DNA of 64,000 bases from Eledone cirrhosa (GCA_964016885.1 OZ024744.1:32488001-32552000); one strand, 5' to 3'. Shown: positions 28,301 to 47,648, numbered from the stretch's first letter. Notes: generated by a model not told the origin, from the letters alone. Numbers and translations are program-made.

Positions 28301-29942
28301 TCGTGATGGTCTCCATTAGTGTTTTGTTTTCAGTGTTTATGTAAGTGTAAGTGTAATTTTCTTGTGTTGTGTTTGTTTTTGTCTGTAGTTCTTGTGTGTG
28401 CTTTCGTTTTGTTGTAGGTATTTTGTTTTCAGGAGGTGGGGGTTTTGTTTGTGATATTTTTGTTGTTTGTGTTGGTGGTTGTATGTTTGTGGTAGTGTTT
28501 GCTGGTTTTTTGCTTTTGTGATGTCTTTTCTTTCTTTTCGAGCGATGGGGTTCTCCCTCGTCTTCACTGGGTGATGGCGAGATAGCCTCATCTGTTGTAT
28601 CGTCTGTGTGATTGGGGAGGGGTATGTCTTGGGGAGCTGTTGTGTCTGTATGTGATTTTGCAGAGGTTTTAGGTGGAGTGGGGTTGGGTGGGACTGTGTT
28701 TGTTGTGGTTATTTTTGTGTGTTGGTGTTGTTGTTGTGGTGGTGGTGTTGGTGTTTGTGTTGTTTTGATGGGTGTCGGCAGAAGAGCCTTTTTTGGTTCA
28801 TTAGTTTAGGACAGGAAGCCCTCAGGTGACCCCGGCTAAAGCAATGGTAACATGAAGGCCGCCTACCCTCAACCGAAAGGTTTATGTAGGTGAGTCCGTC
28901 CAGGAGTACACGCTGTGGGATCATAGCTATTCGCTCTGGGCTCATTTGCACCAGAACTTCAATGCTAGTCCCATTGAATACATCTCTGGGGGACTTTCCT
29001 ACTGACAGTATTCTGTCTTCATCAAAATTGATGAAGCCGCACAGTATCCACCATACGTTCACCTTTGGTGTGACACTTGTGATTCTGATCTTTTGTGTCC
29101 TTTTTCCCATTTCTTTCTGTGACAATTGGACTGGTTTTCGGGTAGAATTGGAAACTGTCCTAAAAACTATCGTTTTGAGAGCAGTTTCCTGGCGAATTTC
29201 TACCGGAGAATTGATGCTGAAAGCACCATTTTTTTCGAAAGTGACATATCTCTTAGCGGCCTTTAAAAGTTGTTCAGCATTTGTTATGTCGAGATATATC
29301 AATTGTTCTTTCTTTTGAACTTTCTCTGCAAAGGAGATTTTTGGTTTCTTTGTGGAATCCGTATTGGTGGTGTTGTCATTATTGTTGTTATTGTTGTTGT
29401 TATTCTTGTTGTCACCGATGTTGGTATCATCCGTATTTTCCTTGGTGTTGTTCTTGTCTTTGATGCTGGTGTTATTGGCGTTGTCTTTATTTTTTTCTTT
29501 GTTGTTGTTATCATTGTTGCTTTTATCATCATTATTGGTTTTGCTGTTATTTTTGTTGGAATTGAACTGTTTGGTGTCATTTGTGTTATTTGGATATGAA
29601 TTCGTTTTTTTATTTTCATTTTGTCTTTCCATCTCTATAGTATCTAGTGAAGAAGACGTTGTTGACTGCGAGCTTTGTAGTCTTACCGCCTCTCCACCAC
29701 CATTATCGTTGGACGCAGCGTTCATAACGTAATCAAAATTTTACAATATTTTTTCCAAGATTCGATGGAGAAAAACTTTTTAAATGGATATTCCGCCCCT
29801 GAAGGGGTGAAAATGAGTTGACCCACCACCTGAAGGTCCAGACCGGTGGTCAAGTTACACAATGAGATAAAATTTAACTAAAAACTCACGTTTTTTTCTT
29901 ACATAAATTAACGGAAACTTCTCCGCGAAGTTACACACGTCT
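25316..29942 (-). mobile_element. Tx1-clade LINE copy C, 5' end intact, 3' end deleted
   Basis: ORF1 from 29725 (CYHCFSRGHLRASC); ORF2 from 27935 (CVNVRGL, GDWN, SDHK, LDQSKAFD, AYADD) breaks off after LYVFLTGQ. Confidence 0.92.
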
Positions 29943-30002
<60 letters not shown>

Positions 30003-30681
30003 TATTTCTTTTATTTGCCACTAGGGCATCAAAAGTGGGACAAGTACAAAGGGGGGAGTTTACACAAAAAGGCGTCCTCAATAAGGAGGAGGCAATAACA
30101 AAATATAAAAATAAAATAAGATATAACAAAAAATAAATTTTTAACAAAATCCTCAATAGAGAGGAGGCGCCTTGGGGGGTCGCACACACCCCCGAAAAAG
30201 GTGTGCAACCCTTCTCCTCAGGAGCACAGAGAAGGGGTGCTCCCTTGGTCTTTCATCTTCCTCACCTATAGTCTGATGTAGAGTGAAGGCCCATTCACAC
30301 GGGCCATTCTCGCCACTTTCACCCATCTTTCATAGAAACGGCTGGGGTGCAGCACCTCTCTCTCCATCCTGATCCTTCTTCCGAAATGATATCGGAAGAA
30401 ACGGACCAGTTGTTGGCCAGAGAGAAAGGTGCCCGACCTCAGTCCTTTCAGACGCGTCCACCATACAACCTCTTTCGCCATGGCTATTACGCACAGAAAC
30501 ACCGCCTCTGCTTCATCTTTGAAGGGGGGAGGCGGCTTGATCATTACAATAGACTCGGTGGTCAACCGGATCGGTCCCACCCTTGACAGCAGTTGTTCGA
30601 CATAGCCCCACAGATCGGCTACGCCCGAGCAGTGTACTAATGCGTGTGCAACGGTTTCCTCGTCGCACACGCATCTGGGAC

Positions 30682-30682
<1 letters not shown>
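30003..30682 (-). mobile_element. Tx1 copy D, 5'-truncated (zinc knuckle + 3' UTR)
   Basis: CPRCVCDEETVAHALVHC...GPSLYIRL; (GATA)n on both sides. Confidence 0.9.
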
Positions 30683-32595
<1,913 letters not shown>

Positions 32596-32834
32596 ATGGC
32601 TGCAACTCGATTTCGAGTAATGCCATCGCTTGATAATTAAACATGAGCATTACGGACGTGGCTTTTTAGTCCTGCTAGGAACTTGCCTATAGCCAGCAAT
32701 ACCATGCCTCGAAAAAAATGTCACATATGAAGCGATACCTGTGCTTGAAGCTTTTTTAAGCGAGGAAAGGCTTTGCACGGGGCCATCAAATGCCCAAAAA
32801 GTAGAACTGGTCTAGATCATTGGATGTAAACAAA

Positions 32835-33110
32835 ATCGCAGGTTTTATATCAGAGTGACCATCTCCTAGACAGATGTCTTATTGGAAACAAGGACTTTCT
32901 CGCTCCACAAAAATATATCATGGCTCTCTTCAGCGGTACAGGTAACATGTAACCCATTACAACCTATGAACGGTAGGGTCGTTGGTCTCTAAATCGGCAA
33001 CCCCACCAGGCTTGCTTAGTGAGGAGGGTAATTTTGAGCACCGTGCGGTATGAAAAACAACACCCGTCAAAGAGAGCCAACGACTCTCTTTGACGGGTGT
33101 TGTTTTTCAT
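32835..33110. mobile_element. Rearranged RTE-type 5' UTR fragments
   Basis: 32935-33075 homologous to 246-385; 32835-32875 is the inverted homolog of 460-498. Confidence 0.55.
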
Positions 33111-33361
33111 CCCGCAATCAGCTCATGTCGAACTCCTTGTGTACCGCTGTCCTGTTGAGAATCCGTGTCACCAAATCCGTGATTGCAAGCAACTGCAATG
33201 TGGGTCGGCAAAGGGGCTCCGTGTAGGGTTGGTTATTGGGTAAATGTGTCCGCAAGTGCGATTTCCCGTCACATGGGCCAATGAGCTTTTAAGATAGTTG
33301 TTTGAGTGGTGGAGGTGTGTTATCCAACACAGAAGGTGAAGTATATACATATATATATATA

Positions 33362-34357
33362 TGTAGAAGTGGTTACACAACAGTTAGTTCACCATACCGA
33401 TAACAATTCTTTCACCTTCGCGGATCTTCAGCTCGGGATGTGTATGGTTATAGGAGCAGGAAGGACAAGCGTACGAATGCTCATGCGCAGAAACTCGGTC
33501 ACTTCACACAGGCAATACTAGACTGCGTGCGGGAGGGGTAAGGGAGATAACTTCGAAAGTCTGGAAAGTTTTTAGGTTGAAAATAAAATAAAAAAATTAA
33601 AAATAAAATTACAAAGAATCAGTCCGGAGCCTTGTAGTTATGCAATAGATGTTTGGTGACGTGTGGACAACGTGTGAAAAATTCACTTCTCGTGTTTAGG
33701 CAATCACTATTCCGTAATCTCTTTAGGATAGTTATTCGTTCGTCAATACATAAGCCACACGTCGGATTTCCCCTTGCGTATGGCTTAGACTTAGTGATGG
33801 CTTTCCATTGAATGGAGTAGCCTATATTTGAGTCTTTGAGGGACCATACGTGGCTCGCGAGTTTCGTGGATGAACGTCTGTCCGGGTATCTGAAGGTAGA
33901 CTGGTGGTTCAGGAAACGCTCCTTGAATCGGCTCTCCGCCATGCCCACATAGGATTTGACCTCCTGTGGTTCGTTAGGTCGGTTGGAAGTGACCACTGCT
34001 TCATAGATTACAGCTGTTGTGTTGCATTGCTGTTGAAGGGGGCAAGCTTCAGGCTTACGGCAAGAGCACCCTAGTGTGGTGTTGCTCCTAGGGCTTTTGG
34101 TGATGTGGGCCTTCATGTTCTTAGCGCAGGAGTATCCTAGTTTTGCCTGTGTGAAGTGACAGAGTTTCTGCGCATGCGCGTTCGTACGGTTGTCCTTCCT
34201 GTTCCTATATCCATACACATCCCGAGCTGAAGATCCGCTAAGGTGAAACAATTGTTCTCGGTATGGTGAACTAACTGTTGTGTAACCACTTCTACCTAAC
34301 TTGTCCCTTGGACTGTGTGCTCTACCACTACGGATATTACCTTCAAGTGTTCCACCA
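33362..34357 (-). mobile_element. 5'-truncated Hydra-type PLE (GIY-YIG 33619-34140) with inverted pLTR
   Basis: CSCRKPEACPL..VIYEA..YVGMAESRFKERFLNH..CGLC; arms 33363-33520 / 34137-34295. Confidence 0.88.
34222..34261 (+). ncRNA. Type I hammerhead ribozyme; mirror at 33397-33436 (-) is mutated
   Basis: CCGAG-CUGAAGA-U-CC-GCUAA-GG-U-GAAA-CAAUUG-UU-CUCGG; stem I extends past a bulge (CCAUA/UAUGG). Confidence 0.8.
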
Positions 34358-34375
34358 TTATATATATATATATAT

Positions 34376-37283
34376 TCTGGGCCGACGACCATCGTCTTGG
34401 ACGCCGGTCCCAGGGCAATTTAGCACCCTGGACGCGTTCGTCGATGCCTGCCGTAGCGCAGTAAATCGCTTCGACATCCGCCATCGGTCCCAACGGAATA
34501 ACATCTCACGGGGCGAACTCCTCGCACTCCGCTCCCTCCGTAGCCGAGAAGACATCGTCATCAAACCGGCGGACAATGGAGGCGCCGTCGTGGTGTGGCG
34601 CGCTGACCTCTACACAGCTGAAGCCCTCAGGCAGCTCCGTAACTCCCTCTTCTACCGCCCTTTACCCTCCGATCCCACACCTCTCTACCAACAACAAGTT
34701 TGATCCACCATCCAACACCTTGTATCCTCCCCCCACACCGCTTCCCACCTCATCGTCCGCACCCCTCGCACCCCCACTATCTACTTCCTCCCCAAACTCC
34801 ACAAACCCGACAACCCCGTCCGCCCCATCGTCTCCGCTTGCAACTGCCCCACCGAACTCATTTCCGCTTTTCTTGACTCCATCCTCGCCCCCCTCATCAC
34901 AACCCTCCCCTCCCACATCTCCGACACCAACCACGCCCTCCGCCTATTCGACTCCTTCACCTTCCCACCCAGCCCACAGCCCTTCCTCTTCACCCTAGAT
35001 ATCAAGTCGCTCTATACAGTCATCCCCCACGCCGACGGCCTACGTGCCCTTAAGCACTACCTCGACCTTCGCCCTCACCCACCCCCTCGACCCCCACCCT
35101 CCTTCGCCTCGCCGAGCTGGTCTTCACACTCAACTGTTTCTCCTTCTCGGGTGAGTTTTACCAACAGGTCATGGGGGTAGCCATAGGCACAAGAATGGGC
35201 CCAAACTATGCCAACATTTTCGTTGGCCATGTTGAGGCCCAAATTTTTGCCCAGTACACCGGCCCCACGCCCGAACTGTACGGTCGTTACATCGCCGACT
35301 GTATCGGAGCCACGACCCTCACCCGAGAACAGCTGGACTCATATCTCTCCTTCTTCTGCTCCTTCCACCCCTCCCTCCACTTCACCACCTCTATCTCCAC
35401 CACCCACGTCCACTTCTTAGACATCTCCGTCGCCTTCGAACCCTCCCACTACTCCCTTGTCACCTCCTCCTTCTTTAAACCCACCGACTCCCACTCCTAC
35501 CTCGACTTCACCTCGTCCCATCCCACACACACTAAACACTCTATTCCCTACTCCCAACTCCTCAGGATCCGCCGCCTCTGTAGCCGAGATGCTGACTTTG
35601 AGTCCCAGGCCCTTTCCCTAGTCAGCCATTTCATCCGCAGAGGTTACCCCTCTCTCTCGTCCACACCGCCCACACTCGCGCCCGTGCTGTCCACCGCTCC
35701 ACCACCCTCGCCCCACGCTACCGCACATCCGCCCACCGTCTCCCCTTCCCATCAACTACCACACCTCCACCGCACAATCCTCCGCCTCTTCCTACGCCTC
35801 CAGTCGACCCCTCCACCTCCCACATCTTCCCAGCCCCACTAACACTACTAACACACTCCTCCTTGTCACTGCCCACCCCACAACTAACAATACTAACACC
35901 CCCACCCCACCCCGACCATCCTTACCAACTAACAATACTAACATCCCCCCTCCCGCTATCACGCACACACCCACCGGTACATATATACACGCACTCACAC
36001 TAACCACACACCCTACTACCACACTAACCCTCACCCACACATCCACTCCCACCACCCCACAACTAATACCACTAACATCCCCCCCGACCTCCGACCCCAC
36101 GCACACGAACACACACACACCCACTTACACCACCCACTCTACACACCCTACCACCGCTGACCCCCACTAACACACCCGCATTCAACCCTTTCCATATACT
36201 AACACCCCCTTCACCGCACACACACTCATCCAAACACGCACACACACACCAGTACACTACACTCCCTCCACCGGCCCCCCACCTTTCTCTCCCTCTCCCC
36301 GCTCCACCCACACCCCTTCACACACACACACACACATCCCACTAACACCACTACTAATATACACCTCTCCCCACTACACCTTTCACATCTACCCATCCTC
36401 TCTCCTGTCCACCACACCTCCGCACATACTGACACACCGACTTTCTCCACCTGCCATTCTCTCCTACTTCTGCCATGCCCTGACCCTCTGGCCATCTCTC
36501 CGCACACACAGGCACACAACACTCCTCCTGCCTTGACCCTCTGACCACTTCCTGTTGCGCGCGCACCCCACATCTCCCCTCTTCCGACCAACCCAACCAC
36601 GGATTACACACATTGGATATCGCTCCCACGAATCAACTCCATCTCAAGGAAAATATCCGGTACCCCACCACACCCTCTACGGAACTACCTTAGGAACTTA
36701 CTAACAGACATACACTCATAAACATTTTTTTCTCACACGCCACCTACATCAGCCTCCGCAATCCTCCCCCTCCCCCACCCATCTGACCCCTCCCCATCCA
36801 CACACGCGCACACACACCGACCTAAACTCCACCCCACACACCTTTTCCTGAACATGGAACCCCGTTCTTCCCCCAACTCTCACACTCACATACACACACA
36901 CACACACACGTACACCTACACACACACCCCACCTTCAGCCCTCCCCACTCGAACACCCCGCTTCCTTCTCCCCACTCCACCCGCCACCACCCTTACACGT
37001 CCCACTTCCTTCCACCACTTGTTTATCTTCATGTTTATTTTTATTTTTATTATGTTTTTATATTTATTTTCATTTGTACCGTTTCCTCTCACCCCCTTTT
37101 TTCTAAATGTCTCTCCCCCACTCACCTACACACCCTTGGAACTCTCTTCCCACACACTTTTCGCCTGAAGAAGAGCTTATGCCCGAAAAGTCGTTCCCAC
37201 CACCACCCCACTCCCAAGAGCGTGAAACTAATAAACCTTTGTTCGTACTGCCTCTCTGTTTTGTTCCCGTTCCATTTTTCACT
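34376..37283 (+). mobile_element. C-rich Neptune-like PLE, 5'-truncated; RT recognisable, endonuclease eroded
   Basis: IKPADNGGAVVVW, YFLPKLHK, TLDIKSLYT, GVAIGTRMGPNYAN, RYIADC, HFLD; HHR motif at 37165-37192. Confidence 0.85.
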
Positions 37284-37371
37284 ATATATATATATATATA
37301 TTAGGGAGTGAGTTTTTTTTTACAAAATAAAAAATAACCGAGGTGTCCTACACGAGTGAAATATAAGGATA

Positions 37372-37643
37372 AAAGATGAAATCGAAAATGCAACTGGAGT
37401 CTTATTTAAATAAATATATATATATTAATTTGGTTCCTTTACCGGTTTCGCAGTTCTTCTGCTTTTCAAAAGTAGAGTTGAGATGGAGGGTCTGTGGTTT
37501 TTCTCGCATCTGAGAAAAACCACAGACCCTCCGTCTCAACTCTACTTTTGAAAAGCAGAAGAACTGTGAAACCGGTAAAGGAACCAAATATAAATATATA
37601 TATTTTAAATAAGACTCCAGTTGCATTTTCGATTGCATCTTTT
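37372..37643. mobile_element. Fold-back solo pLTR (~130 bp arms, centre ~37508)
   Basis: Near-perfect palindrome; extension 37303-37371; (TA)n flanks. Confidence 0.75.
37437..37472 (-). ncRNA. Variant hammerhead with U3-A8 core; mirror at 37545-37580 (+)
   Basis: CUU-UUGAAAA-GCAG-AAGAA-CUGC-GAAA-CCGG-UA-AAG. Confidence 0.7.
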
Positions 37644-37647
37644 TTCC

Positions 37648-38795
<1,148 letters not shown>

Positions 38796-38904
38796 ATAAT
38801 TTATATATATATATATATTGTTATACTTGGGGAGGGTCATATTGCTGTAATAATATTGCCAGAAATAATAAGAGAACACATTCATCGCCGTTATATATTT
38901 ATAT

Positions 38905-38966
<62 letters not shown>

Positions 38967-38971
<5 letters not shown>

Positions 38972-39126
38972 AACAAGTAAGACCCCGACGGCTGAGCTCA
39001 AGCCGTCGAAACGGCTTGAGCTCAGCCGTCGGGGTCTTACTTGGTCCTATTACCCAATCTACTACCCTAAGTATTGAGTACTTTGGTGCGTTATGGTCCA
39101 CCTGGTTCCTTACCACATTTCCTTCG

Positions 39127-39130
<4 letters not shown>
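38967..39130. mobile_element. Fold-back solo pLTR containing the 3' half of a hammerhead
   Basis: Palindrome 38967-39050; right arm reads GAAA-CGGC(UUGAGCUCA)GCCG-UC-GGGG; ~80 bp extension. Confidence 0.7.
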
Positions 39131-39178
<48 letters not shown>

Positions 39179-39361
39179 CAAATTAGAATTGGTGCTCTGA
39201 AATAGCTATATATATATGAATGTATATATATTGTATTTTGCAATACACTGTATGCTTAATTAAAAGCATTTCGAAGACCTTATGCTATTGTTTTAGAGTA
39301 GTGACAGACTCACTTACTTTAATTAAGCATACAGTGTATTACAAAATACACTATATATACA

Positions 39362-39465
<104 letters not shown>

Positions 39466-39472
39466 TAGATAT

Positions 39473-39510
<38 letters not shown>

Positions 39511-39567
39511 GCATCACTGATTTTTCTTTTTATGCATATATATATATATATGTATACATATATATAG

Positions 39568-39953
39568 CAATAATAATATATTTGAAGACTAAAATCCAAA
39601 GCGGGCTCGATAGGGATAAATATATATCAGATATATAAGAACCGTAGAGCAAATATTTATTAAAATAACAAATTAAAGTTTAAGCAAAGAATCTCTGCTT
39701 TCACCCTTAACGGAATCTTCTGAAGATCCCGTTAAGAGTGAAAGCAGCGATTCTTTGCTTAAACTTTATCTGTTATTTTAATATATATATATATATATAT
39801 TAAAATAACAGATAAAGTTTAAGCAAAGAATCGCTGCTTTCACTCTTAACGGGATCTTCAGAAGATTCCGTTAAGGGTGAAAGCAGAGATTCTTTGCTTA
39901 AACTTTAATTTGTTATTTTAATAAATATTTGCTCTACGGTTCTTATATATCTG

Positions 39954-39960
<7 letters not shown>
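39568..39960. mobile_element. Doubly inverted pLTR fragment with hammerhead cores at 39720 (+) and 39861 (-)
   Basis: CUGAAGA-U-CCC-GUUAA-GAG/GGG-U-GAAA-GCAG..UUUGC-UU; 5' strand of stem I lost; the same family end recurs at 63950-63999. Confidence 0.72.
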
Positions 39961-39998
<38 letters not shown>

Positions 39999-40284
39999 AA
40001 GTAATTCTGTCGGAAAAGTCCAGAAAAAAAGAGTGCTCTATGTAGGTAACAGAGCTTAATAGTTATGTAATAAACAACATAAGGCAATTATTCCATTTAC
40101 CAGTATATTTTGCTTTCAATCCTCAGAATGAAAAAATCCTGGTCTGTTTATTGAATTTGGATTTTAAAAACAAAAATGCAATCTATATGAAAGTGAGGCT
40201 GGAGAAGGAAGAAGGAAAGGAAAAATAAAATAAAACTACACATGCAAACACACATACAAAAATACGCACACTCACACACAAAAG

Positions 40285-40366
<82 letters not shown>

Positions 40367-40495
40367 AATAAATATATATATATATATATATACGTATATA
40401 TATACATATACATACACTCATGCATACACACATACACATATATACACACATACATACACATAGAAACATAAATATAAATACATATACATACACAC

Positions 40496-40541
<46 letters not shown>

Positions 40542-41357
40542 ATATATGTGTACAAGCATACACATACACAAACATAGCCATACACACATACATATACATA
40601 CATGCACACAATCATACATATATACACACGTACATACATACACATTCATAAATGCACTCCTCTACATATTCATACACGCAAATAAATATAAGAAAAAAAA
40701 ATATATATATATAAAAATGTTTGACAGCGATACAAACGGCGGGTAACTGGACAGACACGCGTGGTAAGTAATACACACAAATGCACGTATACATACGTAC
40801 GAAATAGTGAATACATACACACACTCTCACACATAAATATACATATACAAATACATAAACACATACATACACATACACAAATACATGCACAAACATGCAC
40901 ACGCACGCGTATACAATTATACACACACATATGTATATGTAATTATATACACATACATATATATATATATATATACATAAATATAAAAATACACACACAC
41001 ACATATATGTATACATACACACATATACATACATAGCTATAAAATTATACACATACAAATACGTACATATTATAAACACGCACAACCAAATACAAACACA
41101 CACACACACGCGCATACATATATATATATATACATACACATACATACACATATGCATGTGTGTGTGTGTAAAACTCAGTCTTAGATAATTCATATGAACC
41201 TTACATATACGTATATATAGTAATAAAGTAATAAAGTAATAAGCAACATAAGGCAATTATTCTATTCACCAGTGGTTTCTTAAAAGCAAAAGATTTTTCC
41301 TTCAATCTTCAGAATGAAAAAAACCTAGTCTATCTACATATACATACATATACACAC

Positions 41358-41442
<85 letters not shown>

Positions 41443-42959
41443 TATATATATACACACAAATATACATACACATACACATAGGTATGTGAAGGGCAAGGCA
41501 AAAAGAATACATGGGGGGGGGGACATAGGAAAAGGTGAAATATAAGGGGAGGTAAGGGAGAAAAAATATATATATACAAGAGTACAGAACGTAGATTCAG
41601 CAAAAAAAAAACCGTAGCAGAAGTAAAGAACAGAGAAGGAGTTCAAGGCGGTTGATTTATCATAGGAGTGTCAATCCAGTTACAGATCAGATGCGATTTC
41701 AGACGAGGACAGCATCTGAAGATCTCAGTCTTTGAGTTAAGGCAAGCGGAAGTGGCTCTCAAGTTTAGCAAAATCCTATACTTTTCTGTGGTACACAAAG
41801 AACAATTCTTACCGCCTCTTTTAAACCCTATCATAAACCTAATGAAAATCTTAGGTATATACACAAAGAGTCTTGCCATCCCCCTATAGTTTTTAATAAT
41901 CTTATTCCTAATATTAACCGTAGGATTTCTACCTTATCTTCGTCTATAGACATTTTTAATAAAGCCGCCCCTTATTATAATAAAGTCCTTAAGAACAGCG
42001 GTTTTACAGAAAACATTTCTTATTTACCTACTCCCCCCCCAAAAAAAACTAACCACAATAACAGGAAAAGGAAGATTATTTGGTTCACACACCCCTTCTC
42101 TCTAACTGTCAAAACTAATGTAGGAAGGAAATTCTTGAACTCTTAGACAAACATTTTCCTCCTAATCATAGATATTATAAGATATTTAATAGGAACGTAG
42201 TTAAGGTCAGCTACTCTTGTTGCCCATCTATGAAGTCCAAAATTACCAGTTCAAACCATTCGAGAATAAATCCAGGATGCAGTTGCAGGAAGCCGGATGA
42301 ATGCCCATTGCAGGGTAAATGTAACACCAAATATGTTGTTATGAGGCTAAGATAGCACCGGTAATCAACAACCAGCCAGCCAGGAGTGAGCGATATGTCG
42401 GTATGACCCAGGACAGGTTTAAAACCAGATTTTACTCACATGTCGCTTCTTTTAAGCACTCCGATAAACGAACATCAACGGCCCTCGCAAGTAAAGTGTG
42501 TGAACTCAAGGATAGTAACATCCCGTACTCTATTGAGTGGTCTATATTAGACCATTCGAGGGAGTACCAAAGGGGCACAGAGAATTGTTGTTTGTGTACC
42601 ACAGAAAAGTATAGGATTTTGCTAAACTTGAGAGCCACTTCCGCTTGCCTTAACTCAAAGACTGAGATCTTCAGATGGTGTCCTGATCTGAAATCGCATC
42701 TGATCTGTAACTGGATTGATACTCCTATGATAAATCAACCGCCTTGAACTCCTTTCCTGCTCTTTACTTCTGCTACGGTTTTTATTTTGCTGAATCTACG
42801 TTCTGTACTCTTGTATATATATATTTTTTTCTCCCTTACCTCCCCTTATATTTCACCTTTTCTTATGCCCCCCATATATTCTTTTTGCCTTGCCCTTCAC
42901 ATACCTATGTGTATGTGTATGTATATTTGTGTGTGTATATATATATATATATATGTGTG

Positions 42960-43012
<53 letters not shown>

Positions 43013-43053
43013 GTGTGTATATGTATGTATATGTAGATAGACCAGGTTTTTTT

Positions 43054-43107
43054 CATTCTGAAGATTAAAGGAAAAACTTTTTGCTTTTAAGAAACCACTG
43101 GTGAATG
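43054..43107 (+). ncRNA. Hammerhead with non-cleavable GUG triplet; mirror at 41263-41316 (-)
   Basis: CAUU-CUGAAGA-stem II-GAAA-CCACUGG-UG-AAUG. Confidence 0.7.
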
Positions 43108-43241
43108 GAATAATTGCCTTATGTTGCTTATTACTTTATTACTTTATTACTTTACATATGTATATGTAAGGTTCATATGAATTATCTAAGACTGAGTTTT
43201 ACACACACACATGTATGTTATGTATGTTATGTATGTGTATG

Positions 43242-43274
<33 letters not shown>

Positions 43275-43720
43275 TTGTATTTGGTTGTGCGTGTTTATGA
43301 TATGTACATATTTGTATGTGTATAATTGTATAGCTATGTATGTATATGTGTGTGTATATGTGTGTGTATAATTGTATACGTGTGCGTGTGCGCGTTTGTG
43401 CATGTATTTGTGTATGTGTATGTATGTGTTTATGTACTTGTATATGTATATTTATGTGTGAGAGTGTGTGTATGTACTTACTATTTCGTACGTATGTATA
43501 TGTGTGTATGTATATGTATTTATATTTATGTTTCTATGTGTATGTATGTGTGTATATATGTGTGTGTGTGGTTGTATATATGTATGTGTATGTATGGATG
43601 TGTTGATATTTATGTGCGTATGTATATATGTGTATATGTATGTGTTTGTGTGTATTTATATACACATATATGTGTGTATATATGTGTGTGTGTATGTATG
43701 AGTGTATGTATATGTATATA

Positions 43721-43818
<98 letters not shown>

Positions 43819-43996
43819 TGTGTGTGTGTGTGTGTTTGTATGATTTTGTGTGTGAGTGTGCGTGTTTTTGTGTGTGTGTTTGCATGTGTAGTTTTATTTT
43901 ATTTTTCCTTACTTTCTTCCTTCTCCAGCCTCACTATCATATAGATTGCATTTTTGTTTTTAAAATCCAAATTCAATAAACAGACCAGGATTTGTT

Positions 43997-44050
43997 CATT
44001 CTGAGGATTGAAAGCAAAATCTTTTGCTTTTAAGAAACCACTGGTAAATG
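43997..44050 (+). ncRNA. Type I hammerhead ribozyme (intact); mirror near 40094-40130 has a deletion
   Basis: CAUU-CUGAGGA-UUGAAAGCAAAA/UUUUGCUUUUAA-GAAA-CCACUGG-UA-AAUG. Confidence 0.82.
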
Positions 44051-44100
44051 GAATAATTGCCTTATGTTGTTTATTACATAACTATATATATATATTTATA

Positions 44101-46632
<2,532 letters not shown>

Positions 46633-46707
46633 ATCATACTCTGCTCTGTAAGAGCATAGAGTGCTCATCTGGCATACCGCCTATGGAAGCATCTTAGCTA
46701 CCATCAG

Positions 46708-46781
<74 letters not shown>

Positions 46782-47233
46782 GCGTTTGTGTACATTGCAT
46801 CAGCTTATGTGCACATATGCACATTCACATACACGTACATACTTTCACAGCGACACTCCTTTACACACACCCGTACCCGTGACACACACACACACACACA
46901 CACACATTAATGTAGACACACACATAAATATTTATTTGTTTAGATAATAAAATATGTAAAAAATAAACATAAATAGATATATAAATAAATAAATCAATAA
47001 ATAAATATTAATATGTGTGCGTTTATAAATGTATGTGTGTGTGTGTGTGAATGCAGATGTGCCTACTCGACAGACATATGTGTAGATCATATTGGCAGAT
47101 GGTATTATTCCTTATGGTATTGACACATGTGTGTCTGTATATATATACATATTTATACATACGTATATATATATATACATACATACATATATATATATAT
47201 ACATATATGTGTGTGTATACATATATGTGTGTA

Positions 47234-47319
<86 letters not shown>

Positions 47320-47321
47320 TA

Positions 47322-47467
<146 letters not shown>

Positions 47468-47492
47468 CACATATATACACACATATATGTAT

Positions 47493-47631
<139 letters not shown>

Positions 47632-47648
47632 TATAGATAGGTAAATAT

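Larger units (their letters stand above)
39995..44085 (+). mobile_element. 5'-truncated Hydra-type PLE (thumb + GIY-YIG 41810-42747) with 1.5-1.75 kb inverted arms
   Basis: FKPYHKPNENLRYIHKESCHPP, CSCRKPDECPL, YVGMTQDRFKTRFYSH; arms ~40060-41808 / ~42582-44083. Confidence 0.88.

Noticed and set aside
34701-34703. In-frame TGA in a PLE RT as selenocysteine
   Set aside because: Single TGA compatible with CGA deamination; the copy has other lesions and no SECIS is evident
35836-36360. cactaac repeats as telomeric CCCTAA
   Set aside because: Irregularly spaced, not tandem hexamers; better explained as amplified linker sequence
39225-39358. ~40 bp inverted arms as a ribozyme-bearing pLTR
   Set aside because: The inverted repeat is real but the inner sequence is too degenerate to call a core
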